A DNA stretch of 64,000 bases. It comes from Nemertoderma westbladi (taxonomy: Eukaryota; Animalia; Xenacoelomorpha). Positions 38,901 through 47,505 of the stretch are shown piece after piece. The translations under genes and the position numbers were made by a program. The DNA is taken from NCBI GenBank assembly GCA_032718475.1, contig JAUCBJ010002579.1, forward strand, positions 5,314-69,313, read 5' to 3'. Under the pieces are notes generated by a model that saw nothing but the letters and a program-made list of their open reading frames with translations, was not told the DNA's origin and did no database searches. Each line of letters opens with the position of its first letter. The first letter of the stretch is position 1.

Positions 38901-39605
38901 TCAACAGTAGATACAAATGTTGTCGAACCATCGTATACTGATCTAATTGCTGCAATAATTTCATCAGGAATCCCATATAATGAAAGTATGCTGAACATAC
39001 GTGAGCGAGAGACTGAATCAAAGGCCTTGAAGAAGTCAACAAAGATAACAGCCAGATGCCTGTCTTTCTTTTTTGATAACTCTTCAATTATCCTTCTAAG
39101 TGCCAAAATGGGCTCCATGGTCCCACGACCTTTACGGAACCCATTTTGATTTCCACGGAGCAGTCTCTCAATGGGATCCCTGCTGCGTGGCTCCAGTGAG
39201 GCCGTGGATATGAATCAACCGAGTTGAACCAAGCTCATGATCCAGCACTGAGCCTTCGTTATCGTAGATCATAAAGCCGTAACTGTGAATAGCATTGGCA
39301 GTATGTAACCATTCAACATTGGCCACTTTGGTGGTCAGTTCTACGATTTCCATAACGCATCCAACGAACCGGGTTGGTTCTCTACGCGCTATCCTTATAG
39401 ATTTATAACTAGGCATTTCACTTGTGTTCGCATTTGGTTCGACATATCTCAAATCATCTTCAATGAAATGAAGGCAACATCCAAGTTCCAGTGAACGAGG
39501 CGATGGTAAACCATAAATGTTTCTCATACTCCGGTTATATTCCTCTGAGAGTCGTTGTCGCTGCGAATCGAGATTATCTATTGAGTCGTCATTAGAAGTA
39601 TCCAT
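35908..39605 (-). pseudogene. Disrupted DEDD-like 3'-5' exonuclease + triple CCHC zinc-knuckle gene, homologous to 44005-46666
   Basis: GFMIYDNEG (ExoI) in 39168..39605; reads in frame across the RTE TSD (one TAA) into 36765..37742; KL.SAIYPD..FVDTQ after a +1 shift; YLIFE; CSHCGFRTH..YC...H...C..CERCQLKGH....C after a 2-nt deletion; 3' boundary uncertain. Confidence 0.7.
37881..39183 (-). mobile_element. 5'-truncated RTE-clade LINE with 8-bp TSD
   Basis: QNGFRKGR, VDFFKAFD, GVLQGDTLAPFLF, DLDFADD, YLGSWI, RLRFAGHC; (TAG)4 tail; TSD GCCACGCA (plus strand TGCGTGGC at 37873-37880 and 39184-39191). Confidence 0.92.
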
Positions 39606-39662
39606 AATTATTATAAATAATGGGCAAATATATTAATAATTCAACAGAAGTAAACCAATGAG

Positions 39663-39670
39663 TTTTTATA
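39663..39670 (-). promoter_or_regulatory. Candidate TATA box for the exonuclease gene
   Basis: GCCCTATAAAAACTC on the minus strand ~58 nt upstream of ATG 39605, preceded by a GC-rich block. Confidence 0.4.
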
Positions 39671-40649
39671 GGGCCGGCAATGTCAAGCCGCCCGTCCCTA
39701 TCCCCAGGCACGGACCCAAGCTGCCCCTGGCTGCGTTAGCGCCGCTATGCCTACTCCCTATCCAACAGATGTGGAAGAACGGGTGGAAGACAAGCGGCTA
39801 ACACGCAGGGGAAGCTTGAGACCAGTCTCTCCAAGGGCTGTCCGTCGGGGGTTGTATTGACTGTTATATTGCGACTGAACTTAGTCTGTAATAGGGTTTC
39901 AGTTCGCTACAGTAAACACACAGAGAATAGCTGTTATTTGTACTATCACGCAAACTAACACACCCAATGCCACATCACGCACAAATATCCATTACAAATT
40001 CTACTATTTCCTGAATGTTAATATTTTAAATTTCCATGGATACATATTAAATAAATTTAAAGGTATTAATTTTAGGAAAAATATACGATAAAGCTCTAGA
40101 AATTCAATAAAAGGGTTGCGTGAGTGACACACCAGCGTCCCAATATTTTAAATTAGCTATTAATTTATCAAGGATCAACATTCGGTAAATATAGCGGTAG
40201 AATAGGGTATCTCTCATTCACACAGATCTGGGCCTACTGTGATATTATTACATCTTTGTTGGTTGTATTATTTAATTTATTTACTTGATTGTGCTTAAGT
40301 GGTGTTTGTCTGTATAGTATCGGTGTTTATACTATTGTCGTATTATTAATGTCGCAATTAAAGGGTTGGTTGGTGGTATTAAACCATTAATGAATAATAT
40401 AGATATAAATTTATGCGAACCGCGACCGTTCCCGTAATGCTTATTATTACAGTGACTTGAACGGATTTGTATGAATGTGATATTGTGTTAACAATATCAA
40501 GCTGAGTTGGTTCTTGAAGTTTCAAGCCAACTAATAATTGACATCTCTTACTGTACTCTGGCGATTGACAAGAAGCGGAAGTAGTAATTAAGACTCTGCA
40601 TAGAAGTATTATTGGGCCGTCATAATACAGCAAGACCAAGGTTTATTAT

Positions 40650-41050
40650 TGTCATGCGCCATGTTTAATAATGACTTATCATGACTAGTGTAGTTTATTA
40701 TAATTTATTTGTTACTCCCTTATGTACTAGGGTTATACAAGAAGTGGCGGGCCGTTTCCAGAATTTACCCAGAGTTTGGTTTAACCGAAATAAAGGATAT
40801 GGATTCCGCATTCAATTGTATTGTCACTGTCATTATACAATTATTAAGGGTTTCGGTTGGTCGCGCGCCATGTTCAAAAAATGACTTATTGCAACATGTT
40901 GTCAAGAATTGAGCTCAGGTTTCATGCGTCATGTGTATAACGACTTATCATAAAACATCCCACAATTCTTAATAATATTTTAGAATGTTCTAGAACAGAG
41001 ATCAAGTTTCATGCACCGGGTATAAAACAATTTATCATGAAACATCCCAT
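40650..41050. repeat. Four dispersed ~30-bp repeats (CATGCGCCATGTTTAATAATGACTTATCATGA-like)
   Basis: Variants near 40653, 40862, 40922 and 41008. Confidence 0.55.
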
Positions 41051-41159
41051 AGTCCTATTGTTATTTGGGACGTAAGCAATGTAAGAATAAATTACGGTAG
41101 CCTGTCAAGCTAAATATATGGCATATTTTTAAAAACGTATGGGGTTAGTGGTAAACGAC

Positions 41160-42733
41160 ATAACATAACCCGTTCCCACGTTTGAGTATGATATGCAGCG
41201 CACTCAAACGTTCCAAAGGAGTTAACTAGTCCAATAAAACAGAAGTCAAGTCTGTTGGCTTGACTTCCTGCTTGGTGTAGTTGCCAGATTGTTCGCATGC
41301 CATTTCTAACAGGCAGAGACGGTCTATGGGGCGGTTGAGTCTCTGCGGGACAAAGTTTAGTTTGCCATTTTCCCTCAACACTATGAGATCTACTGATCTT
41401 ACCGGGCCATCCGTGCTGACGTGTGTTTCTACTATCATTCTCCTTCCACATATGTGGAACGAGGTCTTGGCCCGCAATATAACTGGGCTGCTGAACCCCA
41501 GGGGGTCGAAATATGTGCTAAGTATGCTTAGGCAAATACATTTGGTTCGGGTATCGCCCTTTCTCAACTTCACTTTAAATACCATAGTATCGCTTTCTGT
41601 TAGCTAACGAAGACCTAATGTCTTAGTCTCCGGTAGGTCGTTCTGAACTGCCGAAGAATTTATTAAAAGGTCCGTTAGATATGAGCTTTGATCGTTCTGG
41701 TGTAATGTATTCTCAGCATGAATACCACTCACATCTGAGGCACGTTTCAGTAATTTTACACCCTGCGACGCTGTTTGTGAGTTGACTTTCTTATTTGTGA
41801 GGGTGAGATGGTCTTGAATTAAGGCCATTGTTGCTCCAAGTCATCATTTCTTTTTGATAAAGAATCAATGATTTCTTGGGAGTCGTCGTCGTTGCTCTGG
41901 GGTCGGGGTTGCCTGATATTTTGTGCATAATGGTCAACGTTATGTAGGCTGGGATCTAACGGGGGTGCAAAAACCTCTGAAGGTGAAAGAGGGTAACCTT
42001 GAAGAGATGCTTTACCTGGGATGTCTTGTGCAAACCTAACTCCATTCATGGGGTAGACTTCCCTTTGCCCGTCAGGGGGGGGGGGGGGGGGGGGGGGGCT
42101 GCAGTATTCAATATTATTGAATACTATTTTGTTTCGTAAAGCTAGATCAGCTTCCACACATTCGTTTTCCAGCTGTTTGGCTTCCAACTGTAACTTTGTA
42201 GTTTCCTTAACAGCTTTCAGCTTTCGCTCTGTTGCTTCTTTAGCTGCTTCTAACTTTCTCTTGGCTGCTTTTTTAGCTGCTTCTAACTGCAGCTCAGATA
42301 TTTTCTTAGCTGCTTCCAACTGTATTTCAGCAGCGCGCTTGTTGGCCTTATTATGCAGCTGGCTTGCGTTTAACTGCAATTCCATTTCTAAGATTTCCTC
42401 ATCAGCCACATGCTCCTCTATCTATGCCCGCACATACCATATCAGCACTTTTCGGAATTGATACAATTACACAGAATAGATCACCCTTCAAAGAGTTTGG
42501 TATAACCATGAAACCATAAACTATGCTTTTTTGTTTCGTTGAATTCATTATTAGTAATCGAAAGTAAGATTAGAAGCAAAATTTTCATTTTTTTATCAAT
42601 TGATAGTAAAAGAGCACCAAAAGTGCAAGTAACACACGAACCACACGAACCTCTATACCTTTACAAGCCTCAGATCTTAAAGGTTAGGCCTACTATTACA
42701 CGGAAAACATTCGATCATATATATACACTATAC
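41160..42733 (-). mobile_element. Bel/Pao element 3: internally deleted relative of element 1; boundaries uncertain
   Basis: Coiled-coil gag-like ORF 41819..42409; DLPETKTLGL and ICLSILSTYFDPLGF (also in element 1) fused directly to the integrase tail IVETHVSTDGPVRSV..LNRPIDRLCLLE. Confidence 0.8.
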
Positions 42734-42738
42734 AGTTC

Positions 42739-43314
42739 TGTGACGGGATCCACCGAGGATCCCGGTTTATCCGGTTTCTTAACTACGCGTCCCCGCCGTG
42801 TGCGTGATAAGAGTTCTGGTTTTATTAACTCTGGCTATTGTTGGTCCATAGAATATAAATATAAAGCACAAGCACAAGCACAGTTGAAATAGAATAACGT
42901 GAGTACCGGTATTGTACTAATGAGATAGGCTGATAGCACTGGACGGAGACGGTGATAAGAGTCTCGGTACTACCCTAACTAACTGACTTACTAAAGAGTG
43001 AATGAATGATACAGTGAAATGATAATATATTGCACCGGTTGGCCGCATTACACTACTCAGCCGATGCCTTCCCCCATTGGCTAATAACTCACTTGTCACC
43101 CTCCCATCTCCCTGGGAGTACTTCCCCCCCGCTGCTGTCTCCCTCTCCCTCCCGGAGGTGTAACCTCTGACCCCCACTGTGTGTGTTCCCTTGGGGCCTA
43201 TTGTCCCCGCTTATTGGGGTGACACGAGGTTGATTGGTAACCAACCTCGTGCTCCCAATATTGCTTAAAACCAACTCTGTGTGGGCCTGGTTAGCGGAAT
43301 TGAATACACTAACA
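42739..43314 (-). repeat. 3' LTR of element 2
   Basis: Direct repeat of 55791-56361; about 17 substitutions plus small indels counted by eye (~97% identity). Confidence 0.95.
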
Positions 43315-44004
43315 CTCCCCCCATGCTATCTTCCCGGTGAGAAGATAGCATTCACCTCTAGTGCGCTACAATTCCGCTGGATCTCGACCTAGCATCGAGT
43401 GTGGGGTGGAACTATTTTTCTCGGAGCCGTCTTTCCAGACCGCCCCCTATGGGTATGATATCGCTACCCTGTTTACCTGGCATCCCGTGGCGGGCCGATC
43501 GTGCGCTCCTCTCACACGACTTTTGTTTCCCCAACACTTTCACCACTAACTCTACTCTGTTCTCACCCTGACTCTCCTCTACTTCTCCTCACTTCCGCTC
43601 TAACTCTCGGACTTCCCTGTCCCTCACTCAGCCTCTTATTCCTCCCCCCCACACTTGAATTGCACCCGCACTCTCTCCGCACTACAACTCAACCCCTATC
43701 TCTCCCACTCACTCCCGACGAGTTTCACCCCCCTCCTGTGCCGTCGCACTCAAGAAGTGTGATGTCGTCCAGTGTCTCGTCCGTGATAGTATTATAGTCT
43801 ATTGGTCCCCAGTCCCAGTAGCTAATTGAGAAAAAGGTTGTACGACTATAGTACTTACTTTGATTGTATTTACTTTCTAAACTAATGATGATTACTACGT
43901 ACGTACATACTAATTGCACTTTTCAATTATTTAAATTACTTGAATTCGTACTTAGGAGTTCGCACGTCTCGCGTGGTGCCTTCCAGGCATATCACATCGA
44001 TGCC

Positions 44005-45288
44005 TTAGTTCGTTCCACCTGCCTTTGGGAACCACCTCAACTCTTTCCCTCTATCGTCCTCCTCCCTTGGTCGTTTCCTGGTCACTGCCGCTCCTTTGAT
44101 CTTGTCTGCTTTCAGGCTCCTGACCCTCGCCGTCACCTCTTTACTAATCCCGGTCGTCGACTCCTTGGGCGCTGGTGTTATTAGCTCCCGGTATCGCTTC
44201 GCGGGTGGCCCCTCCGAGTGGCCCTGTTGTCTCCCCCTGGTGGCGTCCCATAGGATCACTTTCATCGCCCGCGGCACATGCTCCGCCAAGAAATCCCTGA
44301 ACTCTCCTCTGTTCTGTGGCGTCCACCTGTCCAAATACCTCTGCGTATTTATCACTCCGGCATACGACGCCGCCGTCGCCACTTCCTGGTAGGTAAACGG
44401 AAGCCTCCGTTTGATAATCTCCATGTGGGCCTCCTGATTGATGTTAAAGAAGCCCCACCGGAACTCCTGGGCCTTCATGCGTTGCCGAGTCATGGCTCCG
44501 ACGTCGGCCCACTCCTCGAAGACCCTAAACTTCTCTTCGTCGTCCATCCAGTCGCACTGGCGTCCGTAGTGTCCCCGAAAGTTGCACTTCGAGCACCGGT
44601 TGTGCAACCGTGGACACGCCCCCATCCTGTGGCTCGACTCGCGGCAGTAGAGACAACTAGTCCCTTTCTGGAACCGGTACAAACAGCTTCTTTCCTGATG
44701 GGTCTGTCTCCCACAGTAGTCACAGCTGAGCACCAATGTCTCCCGCCCCACATCGTCTTTCGTCCCAAGCGATCTCCGCGGTCTGTGGAGTCGCTGGTAA
44801 GCGAACTTCCAGACGTTAGCGTCCCTGTCTACGTCGATCTCCTCGCCCCTCCCGGGCATCGTCTCCCCGAATACTACCTGTGGTGCTGTCCCCGGTTGCT
44901 CGCCCAACCTGATAGTGCTCCCCGCGAAATCCATCACCGGCTCCTCGTGCACCCAGGCCCGCTTGCCGGGTCTATCCCAGAAGGCCCTCGCCCCACTGGC
45001 CGTCACCACCCTCCCGCCAACCCAGTCCGTGTCCGAGTGGCCGATCCTCCCGATGGGTGGCATCTCTCCGAACTCATCGTCGTCCTCGTCCTCCTCTGGC
45101 AGCGGCTCCAACCCCGGTACCCCGGTGGACCCACTGTGGCCCTTCCCGCCTTGGCTCTCGCCCGTAACTTTCCATCCATCTAGCTCCCCTAGCCTCCTAA
45201 GCGGCTGATCGCCATCGGCTCCCGCTGGTATGGGCGTCGTCTGCAATCCCGACATCGACTGTTTCGGTGATCCCACCGTCCATCCCAA
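44005..45288 (-). CDS. Cargo ORF, C-terminal part: acidic/disordered linker, three CCHC zinc knuckles, basic tail
   Basis: CDYCGRQTHQERSC, CLYCRESSHRMGAC, CSKCNFRGHYGRQC; frame is open upstream to ~45440 and overlaps the end of the exonuclease ORF, so probably one gene split by a frameshift. Confidence 0.75.
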   Translation of the reverse strand: MGWTVGSPKQSMSGLQTTPIPAGADGDQPLRRLGELDGWKVTGESQGGKGHSGSTGVPGLEPLPEEDEDDDEFGEMPPIGRIGHSDTDWVGGRVVTASGARAFWDRPGKRAWVHEEPVMDFAGSTIRLGEQPGTAPQVVFGETMPGRGEEIDVDRDANVWKFAYQRLHRPRRSLGTKDDVGRETLVLSCDYCGRQTHQERSCLYRFQKGTSCLYCRESSHRMGACPRLHNRCSKCNFRGHYGRQCDWMDDEEKFRVFEEWADVGAMTRQRMKAQEFRWGFFNINQEAHMEIIKRRLPFTYQEVATAASYAGVINTQRYLDRWTPQNRGEFRDFLAEHVPRAMKVILWDATRGRQQGHSEGPPAKRYRELITPAPKESTTGISKEVTARVRSLKADKIKGAAVTRKRPREEDDRGKELRWFPKAGGTN

Positions 45289-45388
45289 TTCTCGCCCTAG
45301 AGACTCCCCCGAACTCCGTGATGAGGTCCAACGAAGTTCGTCTAAGGCCGCGTTCCTCGAAGCCGTAGCTCTGTGCCCTAGCTTCCTC

Positions 45389-46666
45389 CTACCTTTCCTC
45401 TGCTTCTCTCCTCTCCTGTCTAGCGATTTCTTCCAATCGCTTCACTTCTCGTCTATCCGTCTCTAGCTGCTCCCACCTCTGATACGGCGTATCTACCTCC
45501 CCGTCTACCAGATGTCGGCTGTTGTAGTACACCGACTCGCCCTTCAGCCCCGGGTGGTCTACCAGACCCCCGAAAGCCGTCTTAAAGGCTCTTCTGTAGC
45601 TTAGGGGTGATCCCGATAATAGGAATGCCGTTGGTTCCCTCTCGATAACCACGGTCATGAATAGGTTAAGCAAACCCATCATTATCCAGTCCTCCTGTAG
45701 GATATATCGCTTCTGATATACCTTTATCGCTCCTCTCCGGAATTGATACACCTCTTGTCTCCCTGGCCTCGCTCCCCACTTCAGCGAGTTCGCCAAGTCC
45801 GCTACATACTCCCCTCTGAACTTACTCCAGTCCATCGGTTTGTGACACATGAGCCCCATTAGCTGGCCCATTGCCACCGCCCCGCAATGTCCTGTGTTCT
45901 CCACTAGTCCCAACCCGTCTGAGGCTGTCATAGCCATATAGACTGTCTGCATATCCAGAAGGTTGGGGGTGTCCGGACCGATGATTCTCTCCGCGTCATC
46001 GCGAATCGCCGATCCCACTTTCGTCATCGACTTCTCTCTCACTAGGGTTTGCACCGCCTTCGGCAACCGGTTCAACTTTGGCCCGTCCTTCTTTCCATAC
46101 GTTCCTAGATCGAATAGGAATATATCCCCATTTGGCGCGGCCAAATGTAGGAGTATGGTTCTGGCCGACCCCGCCGATCCTCTCCTCGAACCCTCCTCGT
46201 CTTCCACGGTCCCCTCATCGTCTAGGACCATGTATCCTTCTCTGCTGACGGACTCTACGAACCTCTTCCAATCTTTCATCGGTGGCTCTCTCGCATACTT
46301 CGGAATCCCGAACTTCGCCTCGTCTCCTTTCACCATGTAGTGGAAATGCTCGAAGATCGCATTGTCCAGCGACGGCGTCCCATAGGTCCCGACCAGCCGC
46401 TGTTCGTGCACCTCTCTGAAATGGTCTTGTAGCACTCGCGCTGCGTGGCCTCTCTCTAACCGCTCGTAGTATCCCCTCGTCTTTTCTTCCGGATGCCTCT
46501 TGGTGAAATCCACCAGTATCTCCTTTCCTCCTGACTCCGCCTTTCTCTTCCTGATCAGTTTCCCCGCCATTCCGAACTCTCTCACTCGCTCACCTGTAAG
46601 GTGGTGCCTTGCCAAGGCGCAGTACAGATGAGTGATAGGTTTAAGATGGTCTGTACAGTTCGACAA
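45389..46666 (-). CDS. Cargo ORF, N-terminal part: DEDD (WRN/EXD/Mut-7-like) 3'-5' exonuclease; likely ATG at 46570
   Basis: ExoI VLDDEG; LLHLAAPNGDIFLFDL; LPKAVQTLV....TKVGSAIRDD (ExoII); LLDMQ; ExoIII-like QKRYILQED. Confidence 0.75.
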   Translation of the reverse strand: MSNCTDHLKPITHLYCALARHHLTGERVREFGMAGKLIRKRKAESGGKEILVDFTKRHPEEKTRGYYERLERGHAARVLQDHFREVHEQRLVGTYGTPSLDNAIFEHFHYMVKGDEAKFGIPKYAREPPMKDWKRFVESVSREGYMVLDDEGTVEDEEGSRRGSAGSARTILLHLAAPNGDIFLFDLGTYGKKDGPKLNRLPKAVQTLVREKSMTKVGSAIRDDAERIIGPDTPNLLDMQTVYMAMTASDGLGLVENTGHCGAVAMGQLMGLMCHKPMDWSKFRGEYVADLANSLKWGARPGRQEVYQFRRGAIKVYQKRYILQEDWIMMGLLNLFMTVVIEREPTAFLLSGSPLSYRRAFKTAFGGLVDHPGLKGESVYYNSRHLVDGEVDTPYQRWEQLETDRREVKRLEEIARQERREAEER

Positions 46667-47029
46667 TGGCCTATTTTCTACTTAATTCTGAGTTATAGCC
46701 TAAATTTTACTACTTAGTTTCTGAAACTGTCAAATTGTGCCCTAAATTACAATTTTGTCCGTTACTTTAATTATGTTCCAGAATTTACTTTCTAGTGTTA
46801 CCATAATTTGTTAATTTTCTAATTTCTTATTTATTTTAATTTTGATTTAATTCAATCCTACTACTGTGCTACTACTTACTATTGCCAATGGATTACTCTA
46901 TTTCATAATCCACATTCTGGCCTACTCTGTGGGCTTGTGCAGTACAACAGTATGCGTCGCGCGGCCTACACGATTTGTCCAGCTGTACTCATATGCCCCC
47001 CTCTCGCTACTCACTACTAATCCTCACCA

Positions 47030-47380
47030 CTACTATCTGGTACTATGTACCCTCTTACTAACTTCTAACTAACTTCTACCAACCGGTACTACGTACCCTC
47101 TTACTAACCTCTAACTCCACTTAACTAACTAACGGTACTACGTACCCTCTTACTAACCTCTAACTCCACTAACTAACTAACGGTACTACGTAACCTCTTA
47201 CTAACTCTAACTCCACTAACTAACTAAGCAGTACTACGTACCCTCTTACTAACTCTAACTCTCTCCAACTAACTAACCGGTACTACGTACCCTCTTACTA
47301 ACTCTAACTCTCTCCAACTAACTAACCAGTACTACATACCCTCTTACTAACTCTAACTCTCTGCCTAACTCTTACTAACT
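47030..47380. repeat. ~45-bp tandem array between integrase and cargo ORF (~7 units)
   Basis: GGTACTACGTACCCTCTTACTAACTCTAACTCCACTAACTAACTAAC variants. Confidence 0.9.
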
Positions 47381-47505
47381 TCCATCTACCTACTTACTCT
47401 TTCTTTATTTATTATTTTTTTTATATATTTTATGTGTGGGAAGGGCGTCTCGCCCTCAATCCCACCCCCCTCAGTCCAAAACTTGGACGACTAAACTCTA
47501 CTCGT

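Noticed and set aside
44278-45183. 301-aa plus-strand ORF and similar antisense ORFs in 44-56 kb
   Set aside because: Antisense shadows of GC-rich minus-strand coding sequence, with no recognisable motifs
44005-46666. env gene
   Set aside because: No signal peptide, transmembrane segment or glycoprotein cysteine pattern; the motifs indicate a nuclease and zinc knuckles
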